Assembly (NCBI GenBank): GCA_035221665.1
Contig: CM069133.1
Span: 59,582,001-59,646,000, forward strand
Origin: Okamejei kenojei
Lineage: Eukaryota
Length of the DNA stretch: 64,000 nucleotides
Direction: 5' to 3'
Position numbers and translations under genes: made by a program. The first letter of the stretch is position 1. Each line of letters begins with the position of its first letter. Below are positions 35,352 to 48,809 of this stretch, in pieces. The notes under the pieces are model-generated. The model saw only the letters and a list, made by a program, of their open reading frames with translations, had not been told where the DNA came from and made no database searches.

Positions 35352-37270
35352 AGACAATGCCTCCCTTCCTGACGAGCTAAACTATTTCTAACGCCCGCTT
35401 CGACCGGGACAACAAAACTCCAGCCATCAAAGTTGCTCCACCCCCGCATGAACAACCCCTCAGTCTCTCCACCTCTGCTGTACAAGATGCACTGAGCACA
35501 AAGCTGCCGGCCCCGATGGCATCCTCCGGGCGGGTGCTCAGGGCATGTGCTGGACAACTATCCCTGGTCCTCACTGACATATTCAATCTGTCACTGGCCC
35601 AGGGTGTCGTCCCCACTTGCCTCAAGACATCTACCATTGTGCCAGTGCCCAAACAATCAGCGACAGGGAGTCTCAACGATTTCCGGCCATTGGCACTCAC
35701 CCCTTGTCATCGCCAAGTGCTTCGAGCGGCTGATCTTGGCTCACCTCAAAGCCAGCCTCCCCCCCCCCCCCACACTGGACCCCCATCAGTTTGCCTACCG
35801 GTCCAACAGGTCAACAGAGGACGCCATATCGGCGGCCCTACACTCTGCCCTGACCCACCTGGACAGCAATACACCTACATCAGGCTGCTGTTCATCGACT
35901 TCAGTTTCGCCTTTAACACTGTCATACCGCTAGCTTGATCACCAAACTCAGCGGTCTTGGCATCTCCACTTCCCTCTGCAATTGGACACTGGATTTCCTC
36001 AACAGACCACAGTCTGTTAGGATCAACAACCTCTCCTCCTCCACTATAACACTGAACACTTGCGTGCCACAGGGCTGTGTGCTCAGTCCTCTCCTCTACT
36101 CTCTCTTCACCCATGACTGCATCCCTAAGTTTAGCTCCAACGCCATCATAAAATTTGCCGACGACACCACGGTGGTAGGACTGATCAGCGATAACGACGA
36201 GTCAGCATACAGGGAGGAGGTCCAGCACCTGACAACCTGGTGTGCCAATAACAACCTCGTCCTCAACTCCCAGAAGACGAAGGAGATCATTGTCGACTTC
36301 AGGAAGAACAGAGGGGGCAGACACACCCCCATCCATATAAACAGGACTGAGGTGGAGCGGGTCTCCAACTACAAATTCCTCGGGGTACACATCTCGGAGG
36401 ATCTGTCCTGGTCCCTCAACACCTCCAAGCTGATCAAAAAGGCGCAGCAGCGCCTTTACTTCCTGAGGAGGCTCAAAAAAGCCCACCTGTCCCCCTGATC
36501 CTGACCAACTTCTACCGCTGTACCATCGAAAGCATCCTGACCACCTGCTTTACGGTATGGTACACAGTTGCACCGTAGCAGACAGGAAGGCACTACAACG
36601 GATGGTGAAAACCGCCCAGTACATCATCGATGCCCGCTCCCTGCCTTGGATGCCCTCCACCGAAAACGGTGTCTGAGACGGGCTGGGAAGATCATCAAGG
36701 ACCCCTCCCACCCTAACCATGGACTGTTTGCCCTCCTACCATCGGGGAGGCGGTACAGGAGCCTCAGGTCCCGCACCAGCAGGATGAGGAGTAGCTTCTA
36801 CAATAACACCATCGCACTGCTGAAGTCGGAGTCCCGACGATAGATTCCCACATCTGTATTTATTTATCTGTATTTATCTAAACATTGCTATCACTACGTA
36901 CTGACACTAAACTGCTTTTCGTTGTACCCATACTTGTATCTGTGTAATGACATTAAATTTGAATTGAATTGAATTGAATTGAATTCTCCCCATATCCCTT
37001 GACTCCACTAGCCCCTAGCACTCTATCTAACTCTCTATTAAATCCATCCAGTGATTTGGCCTCCACTGCCCTCTGTGGCAGGGAATTCCATAAATTCACA
37101 ACTCTCTGGGTGAAAAAGTTTTAAATAGCAACACCACTCCACTAGCTTAAATGACCTCCCCTTTATTCTAAGACATGGTTCTGGACTCGCCCAACATTGG
37201 GAACATTTTTCCTGCATCTAGCTTGTCCAGTCCTTTTATAATTTTATATGTTTCTATAAGATCCCCCCCT
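34321..37270 (-). mobile_element. CR1 3' fragment split by a Rex1/Babar LINE
   Basis: (CATAGAAA)n tail at 34321; CCTGCCTTCT at about 34430 resumes as TTCTCCCCATATCC at about 36984. Confidence 0.85.
34434..36985 (+). mobile_element. Rex1/Babar-type LINE, 5' truncated (endonuclease part, RT, 3' tail)
   Basis: CRPFYLPREFTSIVITAVYVPP; [20 protein letters not shown]; ORF 35935-36498 [29 protein letters not shown]; (GAATT)n tail at 36961-36985. Confidence 0.93.
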
Positions 37271-39150
37271 CAGGTTCCATTTAAATAATTCCCTCGTCAC
37301 CTTAAGCCTATATTCTCTTGTTCCAGAGTCCCCTATCTGGGTAAAAGACTCTGTGCAATTACCCCATCTATTTCCCTCATAACCTTATACATCTCCACAA
37401 GCTCACCCCTCAGCCTCCTGCGTGCCAAGGAATAAAGTCTTAGCCTGCCAAACCTCTCCCGTATAACTCCAACCCACAAGTCGTGGCAGCATCCTCATAA
37501 ATCTTCTCTGCACTGTTTCCAGCTTATGAAATTCTTTCCTATAACATGGTGACCAAAACTGAACACAATACTCCAAATGTAGCCTCACCAACTTCTTATA
37601 GAACTGTAACATAGCCTCCCAAATTCTATACCCAATATAGACACAAAATGAGGAAGGGGGGGGGGGGGGGGGGGGGGGTGAACTACAAGCAAGATGGAAA
37701 AAGCTCGTCAGAGCTGTCAACAGATGACCTTGGGCAAGGAGGTTCTCTGACTGACGGATTATTGGCTAGATTATTACTTCAGGTGTGAGCTGAAGTGGGA
37801 TAATAGTTGTGAACTGTGGAAATAGTTAACAGACTTTTAATGATGGGGTGAAGGGGTAGAGGGGCGGAAAAGGGTGTTTGTAGACATTAATTAAATTGGA
37901 AAATTCAACGATCATATTGCTATGATCATGTTATAATCATCATTCTTTTGAGAGATTTGGTTTCACCCCTCCCAACTACCCACCTGTCATAGATGGATCC
38001 CTCACCACCAACCCAATTTCCCCCCCAACCCCACAATGAAGTAGGGTCGCAACCCGACATATCACTACTATTTTCTTCAGAGATGCTACCAGACTCATCC
38101 AGTTACTCCAGCATTTTGTGTATAAACCAGCATTAGCAGTTGCTTTTTATTGCATTCCATGCTCAATATTCCGACTGATGACCAAACACCTCATTGACCA
38201 TCCTCTTACCTGTGATGCCACTTTTAAGGAACAATGTACGTGCACTCCAAGATCCCTCTGCCCTACAACACTCCCCAGGGCCCTTGCATTCACTGTGAAG
38301 ATCCTTCCTGGTTTTGACTTCCCAAAATGCAACACCTCATACCTATCTGTTTTAGACTCCATTACCATTCCTCAGCCCACCTGCCCAATTGATCAAGTTC
38401 CTGCTGCAATTTTTGATAACAATTTTCGCTATCCACGATGCCATCCGCATTCTTGTCAACTGCAAACTTGTTAATCATGCCTTGTACATTCTCATCCAAA
38501 TCGGTGATATAAACCACAAACAACAAATGTCCCAGCACTGATCCCTGAGGCACACCATTGAGTCACAGGCCTCCAGTCTGAAAAACAAGCTTCCACCATC
38601 AACCTCTGTTTCCTGCCATGAAGCCAATCCTCTATCCAGTCGGCTAGCTCTCCCTGGATCCCATTCATTCGATCTAACCTTCCAGAGCAGCCTTCCATGC
38701 GGAACTTTATCAAACGCTTTCTGAAGTCCATATAGACAACGTCTATGGCTTTGCACTCATCGACCTTTTTAGTTACTTCCTCAAAAAACTCCATCAGATT
38801 TGTGAGACACGATTCCTGCATACAAAACTGTGCTGACTATCCCTAATAAGCTCCTGTCTGTCCAAATTCATATATATCTTGACCCTCAGAATACTGTCCA
38901 ATAACGTGCCTACTATAGACATTGAAAATCACAGGTCTATAGTTCCCAGGCTTTTCCTTGCAACCCTTCTTAAATAGAGGCACATCATTGATCACCCTCC
39001 TTGTTTCGGCACATCTGTATCTAATGATGATTTGTATATCTCAGCCAGAGCGCCTGCACTTTCCTCTTTAGCTTTCCGCCATGACTTTGGATATATCTGA
39101 TCTGGCCCAGGAGATTTATCCACCTTCAAACACCTTAGGACATTCGACAC
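37270..39150 (-). mobile_element. Decayed CR1 RT fragment with a PLE insertion
   Basis: LEYCVQFWSP (ORF 37403-37720), PQGSVLG, KAFDKVPH, SCLTNL.EFFEEVT. Confidence 0.9.
37639..38150. mobile_element. Decayed inverted-end Penelope-derived insertion
   Basis: AGACACAAAATG ... CCAGCATTTTGTGT; diverged flanking duplication ATTCTATACCCAATAT / ATTCCATGCTCAATAT. Confidence 0.65.
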
Positions 39151-39246
39151 TTCCTCAACTGGATAGAAATATTTTATAACATGCCCCCAGTGTATTTTGC
39201 TTCAATAGAAATTAATACTGGGAAAGATCTTAAAACTCATGTCTAT

Positions 39247-39461
39247 TGTTTTGATATGTGTCTGCTTGTGATATAGGCAAAACTAGCACATATTTGACGG
39301 AATAAGATGGCTCCACACAGACTTGTGTATGGATCAAAAGCAGGAACGATTTATTTCCAAGTTAAAATTCACTGACTGATTTACATAATTATATGCGCGA
39401 GTCTGAGCATGTGCGAGAATGAGTACAGCTCATATGCATAAATTCCATGGATATTGTCACA
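39247..39461 (-). repeat. 3' LTR, with adjacent polypurine tract at 39462-39475
   Basis: Direct repeat of 45400-45612; adjacent reverse complement AAAAAAGGAAAGGA. Confidence 0.92.
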
Positions 39462-41284
39462 TCCTTTCCTTTTTTACATTTTGGGATTACATTTTCAACG
39501 ATCCAAAACAAAGCAAACCTAAACGCTTTTCATGATATTACACCGTAGTAATATGGTTTAACTTAACTTAATAAAACAACTGTTCTGTCTTATTTCACAA
39601 TTTCAACCATAGCCACACTTGTCACTTGTTTCAATAACACAAAATAATGTTCACATGCTTTCTTCTCATAAAGTAGGTACATCACAACAAAACACCTTAC
39701 TTCTTGACATACTCGCCGTATCTTTCCGGCAGTCTGACAACTCTTCCTGCCCTAGTGTTTGTGATGGTTCTTCTTTCAAAAGTGTGTTTCTTTTCAGTGT
39801 GTACATTCTGTGCTGCACAACTAGTTTCTTCTCTTGTGTCACTTTGTTTTTGATGCATGTTGTGTTGGTTTCTCCTGCGTCAGCTGAGGTTGCAAAGGTT
39901 TCAAAGTCTTCTCTGGGTCTGGTGGTTTATCTGGAGTTATGTGCAGGTAGTTCTCTGGTCTTCTTCAGATACACTCAGTTAGGTCGGATTACAAGTCCTG
40001 ACTGTCTCGACATCGAATGATCTCTCATCCAGTCATTTCAGAACTGTTGCTCTCTGCCATCTGGTATCTCCTTGTTTATAAGGTTTGAGTCTTACGACAT
40101 CACCTCCTTCCAGGATTGGATGATCTTTGGCTTGTTGGATGTAGATCTTTTCCTTGCAACTCCTTCATCTTTTTCCTCTCTTCCATGAGTATCTCAGCAC
40201 CATGTGGTTTGAGAAGATTTGATGTAGTTTGAAGTGTCGTTCTTGTTCTCCTTCCATGTAATCTTTGTGCAGGACTACTGTTCACACCTTGCGCAATTCC
40301 AATATTGCCAATTAGACATCTGTCCTCGAGTAAGTGGTTTTCTTCAGTACTGCCTTGATTGCCGATTCCACCTTACCATTAGCTTGGCTATGTCTTGGAG
40401 AAATTGTGTAGTGGTCAAATTCCCATTTCTTGGCAAATTTGGTGAACTCCTTTGATGAGAACTGTGTACTGTTATCGCTCACCACAGCGCAGGGAATGCC
40501 ATATCTTGCGAAGTGGTTCTTGAGTTTCACAATGATTGTCCTACTGGTCAGGTCATAGTCTGTCTATTTCCTAGATATTAGATAGATAGTCAACTGTGAT
40601 TAAATAATGCTTTCCCTCAAGTTCCCTAATGGTTCCCACTTTCTCCCATGGGCAATCTGGGATATTATAGGGCGTCAGAGTTTCTTACTGATTATTTTGT
40701 TCGGTTCGTATGTCCTGCAGGCTTCACAGTTTGAAATGGACTGCTTCACATTGGAGTTCATTCCGGGCCGGAAAATGCATTCTCTAGTACGTCTGAGGGT
40801 TCCTTCTACTTCTAAGCGAGAGGTGTGGAGTGTCTTCTTCATATCGTTGCATCGAGTGATAGGGATTACAACTCTCTCTCTTCTGAATACCAGGGTGTCT
40901 TGCACACTCAACTTGTCTCTGACGTTGAAGTATGGTTGTGCTGCCTTTGGGAGTTCTGCTTTGTGACCTGGCCATCCATTTTGGATTACTTTCTTAATTG
41001 TCTGTGGTGTTTTGTCTTCCCTGGTTTGCACTTGGATGCGTTTGATCTTGTCCTCTCCCATGCTCAAGGACTCAACTACGTTGACATCAGTGAATCTGGT
41101 CGATCATGTGGTGTCCGGGAGGTATGCTCGGGAGAGCATATCTGCTAGATGCGTGTCTTTTCCCTTAACCCATTCGATCTTGATGTCATAGTGCAGCATC
41201 CTCATCATCATGCCCTGAAGACGTCTCGGTGCTGTATGCAGAGGCTGTTTGACTATGACTTCCAATGGCTTGTGGTCACTCTTA

Positions 41285-42116
41285 GTAAGTAAGTAAGTAA
41301 GTTTTATTTATATAGCATGTTTTAAATCAACTTGCGTTGAAACCAAAGTGCTTTACATAAAATAAATAAGAAGTTTCCATACATCCATGGAAAAAGATTA
41401 AAAAAAGAAAAATTGACACAACACATTATAGAGTTCAACACAAACATCCCCCCACAACAGAATCAAAATGTTCCACTGTGGGGAAAGGCACCAGAAAGTT
41501 TAGTCCTCTTCTTCTGTGAACACCCGAGGTCGGGGCCTATTTGTGGCCTTGCAGCCAGTCCGATGTTTTCAGGCCCTCTTGCCGTGAAGCTGGAACTCTG
41601 GCGTCGGTTGAACATACCTCAGCCGCTTGGAATGTCTGGAGCGGCCGCCTCCTCCCTAGAAACCACAGCACCTGAAGTCCTCAGGCTGCGCGTGTTGGAT
41701 CTCCGAGCCCGGCGATCTCGATCCCAAGCTCAGCGGTGTTCCAAATTCAGTGCCGCCCACCCACGGCTTAATGCTCCGCATCCACAGCTCCTCGATATTG
41801 GAGTCGGCGGTCACAGCAGTCCGGAGCTTACCGCACAGCGAACCAGGTAAGGCATCGCCCACTCCGTGTTGGTGTCCCAGGGCTGTGCCGCCACCGAAGC
41901 TGCAGTCCCGGATGGTCCCGATGGGAAACACTGCTCCAGTCCGATGGTAGGCCGCGAGGACGGGGCGAAGAACCAGCTCGGAGGGAAGCCGCCTCTCCGA
42001 CCAGGTAAGGACTAGGAAATAAAGTTTCCCCCTTCCCCTCCCCCCACCCCCCACAAAGAAGTTTTTTAAGAGGACTAAAAAATAAATTAAAAATGGTGAA
42101 AGGGCAGACTGCAGGT
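41285..42116 (-). mobile_element. Non-coding retroposon with an L2-like 3' tail, inserted in the Gypsy RNase H
   Basis: Reverse-complement tail TGTAAAGCACTTTG...GCTATATAAATAAAA(CTTA)n; TSD ACTCTTA (41278-41284, 42117-42123); splits RVIVKS|DHKPL. Confidence 0.8.
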
Positions 42117-43526
42117 ACTCTTAACGATCACTCTCTGTCCGTAAGTGTACTGATGGAAGCACTCGAGGGCAAACACTATTGCTAGTGTTTCTTTCTCAAT
42201 CTGAGCATATCTCTGCTCCGTTGGCATCAATGCTCGACTCACATAGGACAGTGGTTGTCCTTTCTGCATACGTATTGCACTGAGACCTGCCCTGCTTGCA
42301 TCACATTGTATGGTCAGCTGTTCATCTGGTGTTTAGTATGCCACGATAGGTGCTGTTGTCAACAGCTCCTTGATCTTTGACATTGCCGTGTCATGTTCTG
42401 ATGACCATTCCCACTCTGCATCCTTGTGGGTCAATCTCCTCAAAGGCTCGATTGTGTCCGGCAACATTGGCAGGAATCTTGCCAAGTAGTTTACACTGCC
42501 TTGTAATCTTTGGATTTCTGTTGGATTGGTTGGGTTGGGCATCTCTAGGATAGCCTGGATCTTCTTCGGATCCAGTTTCAGGCCACGATCTGTAACTACA
42601 TTTCGTAGAAATGTGATACAAGTAGTTTTAACTACCAACTTCTTCCGGTTCAGCTTAATGCCTTTGACTCTGCATCGCTGAAGAAGATCTTGCCGTCTTG
42701 CATCGTGATTTCCTTTCTGCATCTTCTCTGGTGTCCCCTACTCTGAATAGGATGATGTCATCTGCAACACATTCCATTCCCTTTAATTCTTCTGGGGCTT
42801 GTTGCAGCTTCTTCTGGAAGATCTCTGCACATACTTTCAGTCCAAATGGCAACCTCTTCCAGCGATATCTCCCAAAAGGGGTGTTCATGGTTGTTAGGAA
42901 ACTGCTCTCCTCATCTAGTTTGCAGTGGAGGTATCCTGACTTCAGATTGTATTTGGAGAAAATCTTCGCCTTGGACAGCTCAGGGAGTACATCCTCTGTG
43001 ACTCATAATCTGTGGATCTCCCTTTTCAGGACTTTGTTGAGGGGTCTAGGATCTGTACAGAACCTCAACTCTATGCTGTCCTTTATCTCTGTAACGACCA
43101 GCCTGCGACACCACTCAGTTGGCTCTTCGACTTTAGTCAAGATGCCCTGCTCGACCAGCTTCATGAGACAATTCTTGACCTTCCCTTTCATGGCTACAGG
43201 TACTAGCTTTGCAGAACACTGTGATGGGGTCACACCCTCAGTCTGCATTACCAACTTGACATTGACTGGTAGTCTCCCCAGTCTTTCCTCATCAAAGACA
43301 TCTTTGTAGCTCTTGAGTAACGAGTTCGCCTTGCTGACAGCATTCAGGCTCTTGAAATTCTCCTAGTTAACCATGATGAGTTTCATCTGTTGTGCAGCTT
43401 CGCTGCTCAGGAGCGGTGTGAGCCAGCCTTCTTCTACCACTATGAAGTGAACACGGTACTTCTTGTTGTTCATCTTGTTCCGGAGTATGACTTTTGTCCT
43501 ACCTTCTGCCAGCAGGTTGGATCCAT

Positions 43527-43950
43527 TGGACATTTACTCGCTGGAATTTAGAAGATCAAGAGGGGATCTTATAGAGACTTACAAAATTCTTAAGGGGTTG
43601 GACAGGCTAGATGCAGGAAGATTGTTCCCGATGTTGGGGAAGTCCAGAACAAGGGGTCACAGTTTAAGGATAAGGGGGAAGTCTTTTCGGACCGAGATTT
43701 GAAAATCATTTTTCACTCAGAGAGTGGTGAATCTGTGGAATTCTCTGCCACAGAAGGTAGATGAGGCCAGTTCATTGGCTATATTTAAGAGGGAGTTAGA
43801 TGTGGCCCTTGTGGCTAAAGGGATCAGGGGGTATGGAGAGAAGGCAGGTACAGGATACTGAGTTGGATGATCAGCCATGATCATATTGAATGGCTCGAAG
43901 GGCGAAATTGCCTACTCCTGCACTTATTTTCAATGTTTCTATCTTTCTAT
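43527..43950 (+). mobile_element. CR1 3' fragment inserted in the Gypsy protease region
   Basis: YSLEFRRSRGDLIETYKIL, RTRGHSL; tail TGTTTCTAT. Confidence 0.9.
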
Positions 43951-45385
43951 GATATCTTTAAGACAATTTTCTCTCATTTATTGTACTCTTTGTTGGGTAC
44001 AATTGCCTTGGGAATCACATTAAAACTGGCACCATAGTCAATCTGAAATTTGATGGCTTCTGTGCCGACCTGCATCTCAGCGAATTGGCCTGAAGAGGAA
44101 TTGTTTCCGGCTGAATTGACCTCAGTGCATCTCACAGACTGCGTCGGAAATGGACGGTGTGTCAGGTGACTTTACGACCTTGTGCAGACCCCGTTTCTGC
44201 ATACTCTCCTTTGCTTGCAGCAGCAGGCGAAGTGGTTTTGTCGTTCCACATCTGTTGCAGTCCTTTCCATACGCTGGGCTTTCCTCCTTCCTGTGCTTGT
44301 GCATCCTTGCACAGAACTTGTACTTGATTGGTCCCTGAATCTTCCTCTGCGAAGGAAAATCAACCATCTTTTCCCTCTGTTTGAAACGTCCCATCTCGTG
44401 TATTGTCTGCTCTACGCCGATGACCTGCATTCTTGTCACCCTTACCTCCGAGGATCTACATATGTCCACAGTCTCCTGCAGTGTTAGATTCCTCTCCTGA
44501 AGGAGTGTGTTTGTAGTTGACTGGTCTGTAATACCAATGACAATGCGATCTCGAATGAGGCTTTCTTTCAGTCAATCGCAGAAGTTGCATGTCTTAGCAA
44601 ACTCCTTCAGCTCTGCAACATACGATTCAATGCTTTCCCCTGGTTTCTGGTCTTGTTTATTGAAAATGAATCGTTCATACGTTTTATTTGTCTCTCTGAT
44701 GATGATGGTAGACATCTTGTCGATGATAACATTACATCCAACTCATCTGCTACTGTTTTGAACAACAGGGTATTGAAGATTCACAGGGTATTGAATCAGG
44801 GTATTGAAGATTCCTTCTGGTCCAACAGTGTGCAGGAATTCTGCTTTTTGATACTGTTTCTCCTTCTTATCCAGATCTGTTATCACTGCATACTTTTCGT
44901 ACATTTGTTTAAACATTTTCCACTCTTCCACCCGGTTCTCTTTGAGCTTTAGATTGGGTGGTGGAGCCACGTGGAAAGATGGACTGGCCTGCACCATTTT
45001 GAAATATCAACATATCCCCTCGCTCTTATTAGCTTATGTATCGTTTAGCTATAAGCACAGCGCGCGACTGCGTAATTTGTGTAATATTCTCTAATGTCTT
45101 CTATTACTATCGAAAATATTTTCAAAACAAAACTTTCTTTTCTCTGTTTCAATACAGCATGTGCTATCTTTAAGCAGTCTCCCACAGCACGTTGTTTCAA
45201 CCCTCGACCTCCACAACACTGATTTACACACTGTCTTATCCTTGTGTGTGCACTGACCTGCATACCATTCCTCTCATGCATGCAGCTACTCTGGTCACTG
45301 AGCATTGAAACACTGATTCCTGAAGTTTTTCAAAACATTTTTGCTAATCATGATAGCGTCCATTTGATCCACTAATTTGCACTTT

Positions 45386-45399
45386 CACCGCTGCCACCA
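45386..45399 (-). promoter_or_regulatory. Primer binding site complementary to the tRNA-Leu 3' end
   Basis: Reverse complement TGGTGGCAGCGGTG lies directly inside the 5' LTR; vertebrate tRNA-Leu(AAG/TAG) ends ...CACCGCTGCCA-CCA. Confidence 0.8.
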
Positions 45400-45612
45400 T
45401 GTTTTGATATGTGTCTGCTTACAATATAGGTAAAACTAGCACATATTAGACGGAGAAAGATGGCTCCACACATATTTGTGTTGGGCTCAAAAGCAGGAAT
45501 TATTTATTTCCAAGTTAAAGGTCACAGACTGATTTACATAATTATATGCACAAGTCTGAGCATGTGCGAGAATGAGTACAGCTTATGTGCATAAATTCCA
45601 TGGATATTGCCA
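45400..45612 (-). repeat. 5' LTR
   Basis: TG...CA ends; direct repeat of 39247-39461. Confidence 0.92.
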
Positions 45613-46255
45613 TCTATGCAGGTCTAAATCTACGCTTACATGCCTTAGGATCACATAGAGTGCTGTTACAAATATAACAATTATTTCCCTATTGCATTTA
45701 AATGGATTGTGGATGTTTGAGTCCAAATGGATTGTGGATGTTTGAGTGGTTACCTTGACATTCATTTCAAGAAGAGTACTAGATGGGAGATAGATGTGGT
45801 CATTGTCATTCAAACTTTCAATTGGCACACTCATCCCCTTGAGCCCAACTCCCTTAATTAAGTTGACAGGAGAGAAGTAAACTTGATAATATTCTGACAT
45901 TGGTTCTGAAAATTGTTTTTAAATCTCCAACTCTTCATGATACAGCGCCTCAGGAAACCAAGTCCATGCAATTGGTGAATGTTGAACGCATTTTGCACAT
46001 TCTGTGTTGGATGCCTATTCATAAAGGCAGCAATAGGCATTCAGCAAGCTCTATTCAGAAACGAAAGATCCCACGTCTGTTTGATGCATTTTTTTCTAAA
46101 TTTTCCTGATTGCAATTGATCCAGGTTCTGATGTAAGTCATAACCACTGATGACCATGCAGCCCAACTCCACCTTTGGAATTTTGGGGTCATTAGTTATG
46201 TTATGAGGATGAAGAAATGTTGTCAGGAAAAAAAAATCCTTGTAATCCAAAGTAG

Positions 46256-46560
46256 TGGCACATGGGCGCAGCTAGTGGAGCTAGTGGGCTAGTGACCCAG
46301 GTTCGATCCTGACCTTTGGTGCTGTCCGTGTAGAGTTCACAAGTTCTCCCGGTGATTATGTGGGTTTCCTTCAAGTGCTTCAGTTTCTCCTACTTCCGAA
46401 ATAAGTGCAGATTAGTAGGTTAATTGGGCTCTGTAAATTGCCCTTAGTGTGTAGGAAATGGATGTGAAAGTGGGATAACAGAAAACTAGTGTGAACGGGT
46501 GATCAATGGTTGGCATGGACTCGGTGAGACAAAGAGCCTGTTTCCATGTAGTTTCTATAA
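46256..46560 (+). mobile_element. V-SINE (HE1-like)
   Basis: B-box-like GGTTCGATCC, core and GCCTGTTTCC tail. Confidence 0.8.
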
Positions 46561-46610
46561 ATAAAATTCCATGTCCCATTGATTACTATGGCCACCAATA
46601 GCCATCCAGT

Positions 46611-47080
46611 CAATAGACAATAAACAATAGGTGCAGGATTAGATCATTTGGCCCTTCGAGCCAGCACGCCATTCAATGTGATCATGGCTGATCATCCCCA
46701 ATCAGTACCCCGTTCTTGCCCTCTCCCGATATCCACTGACTCCACTATTTTTAAGAGCCCTATCTAGCTCTCTCTTGAAAGCATCCAGAGAACCTGTCTC
46801 CACCGCCCTCTGAGGCGAAGAATTCCAAAGACTCACCACTCTGTGTGAGAAAAAGTGTTTTTTCGTCTCTGTTCTAAATGGCTTACTCCTTATTCTTAAA
46901 CTGTGGCCCCTGGTTCTGGTCTCCCCCAACATCGGGAACATGTTTCCTGCCTCTAGCGTGTCTAAGCGCTTAACAATCTTATATGTTTCAATGAGAGAAC
47001 CTCTCATCCTTCTAAACTCCAGAGTGTACAAGCCCAGCTGCTCTCAGCATTTGACAGTCCCGCCATCCCGGGAATTGACC
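46611..47080 (-). mobile_element. CR1 3' fragment
   Basis: ORF 46702-47031; (CAATAGA)n tail. Confidence 0.9.
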
Positions 47081-48809
47081 AGTCAATGCAGAAAATTAAA
47101 GAAGGCTGGGGGAAATCATATAAAATAAACAAATGATTTATTGCTCTGGAATGCTGAGAGGACCCAAATTGTGATTTTATATATTGATTTGAAATCCAAT
47201 TATTGATTCACCTCTTCTTATCTCTTTCTCCTACTTTAAGATTATAAATTCCTCATTCCAGTGTCTTGAGTACCCCAAAAACTAAACATTCAACCACTGT
47301 CATTCAGTTCTAATACCTTCTTAATCTTCTTAAATCTCTTAATCTCCCTTTGCAAACCCCATTCCCTTTACATCTCTCATCCCTGAAAATGCTTTCTTAT
47401 CGATGTATGTAAATGTGACTTAGTTAAATGTTCCTGTAAAGTATGTTGGGATGTTTACTATTTTTACAGTATAACCTAAATGTAGGTTATGTTATGTTTC
47501 ACTTTCCACTTTCTATAAAAAACTCATGCATTAAATTAGAGTCAATATTTCTGTGTCAGCAATAAGTAAAAACAAATTATTATAGAGCAAATGGCTTTGA
47601 GTTGTAGCTACTGAGCAGCGGCGTGCAGCAAAAAGATACTTCACAAATTTTACATGTTTCTATGTACAGGAACGCTTAGCTAATATTTTAAGCAGATTTC
47701 AAATGTAGTTTACATATCTGGGTCTGTCAGGAAGATAGATGCTTTCTTGAAGCTATGCAATGTCAAAAGCAAGCACTAAATTAATTGCTATGGTGCTTAT
47801 CATCTGCATGGCTCTGCAATGAGGATGCACATAGAACCAGGTGATGTTTGAGTTCTGTCAGTGTGTATCATGCTGTGAGTTTCGTTGCCCTTCACACTGG
47901 TATATTCTGTAGAAGATCTGAAAAGGACTAAATAAATCATAACACTTTTGGAAGCAAAGTGAGCATCGTGAATATTAATTATGAATGAGCCTTATTTTAA
48001 CATTGGTGGAATGACAATATTTCTAAATAGATTAGTGTTCAGTCTAACAAGTTTGCAGCTTCAGTGAATCAGGAATGCACACTACAGTGAATATTTCATT
48101 CAGCTGGGTTTTTTTTAATACAAAATATGCTTAACTTTTACTTCAAGAGCCTGATTTGAAAAGGATTACAAACTTTACAAACATTCTTGTTTGAGTGGTA
48201 TCATTTTGCAAAGACAGAAAATTTGTATTTTAGTTCTGATGACTAATTTTTCTTATTGTTTCTTGAGATGGAACCTCATTAGATATTGTTTAACAGGGAG
48301 AATATCCTCCGATTTCATTTCCAGTAATCCACGACTGTTTTCCCTGTGTGATTTAAAAACCTTGGGGGAAGAAATATTTGAGTTTATAGTGCACTTTTCA
48401 TGATGCTCTTCAAGAAGCAGAATCATTGACAAACTGGTGTTCTTCCAAGGTAAGGAAAATGATCAGAACTTTGACGCAAGATCTGCACAAAACTGTTGTC
48501 TCAGCAGTATACAGGGCAGAATGATCATGGCTTGGGTAATCGTGCTTAAAGCCATCTGTTGCACTGCCCATGATAGCTCAATCTGAAAGCAGCCATAAAC
48601 AGAGGCATGTGGAAATACAGTAGAGAATGAGATGTAGGTACTAGACTTCATCTGACATTTCATATATCATCTGAAGAGATTTGATCTCCTGAAAGACAAT
48701 TAAATGGATGATGAATTTTATGATGGTAGGATGCATCATAGCATTTATAGCCATTAATGTGATTTTGTAGTCTAGTCACTATAGCAAGTATATTGTCTAA
48801 ATGAGGACG

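Larger units (their letters stand above)
39247..45612 (-). mobile_element. Ty3/Gypsy LTR retrotransposon, full length, decayed
   Basis: LTRs 39247-39461 and 45400-45612; TSD TCTAT; gag at about 44100-45000; RT (TPFGRYRWKRLPFG, VADD); RNase H (YAQIEKETLAIVF); integrase (VSDN..QF, NGKVESA); domain order RT-RH-IN. Confidence 0.95.

Noticed and set aside
39480-40000. Possible env-like ORF before the 3' LTR
   Set aside because: No long sense-strand ORF or hydrophobic segment seen; ORF 39619-40020 is antisense
41413-42054. ORFs of 145 and 132 aa inside the Gypsy element, possible captured gene
   Set aside because: They lie within a TSD-flanked GC-rich insertion and show no protein motif
42698-43309. 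203 aa plus-strand ORF
   Set aside because: Antisense shadow of the Gypsy RT
46256-46320. tRNA gene candidates at SINE heads
   Set aside because: Degenerate and continuous with the SINE core; no full cloverleaf
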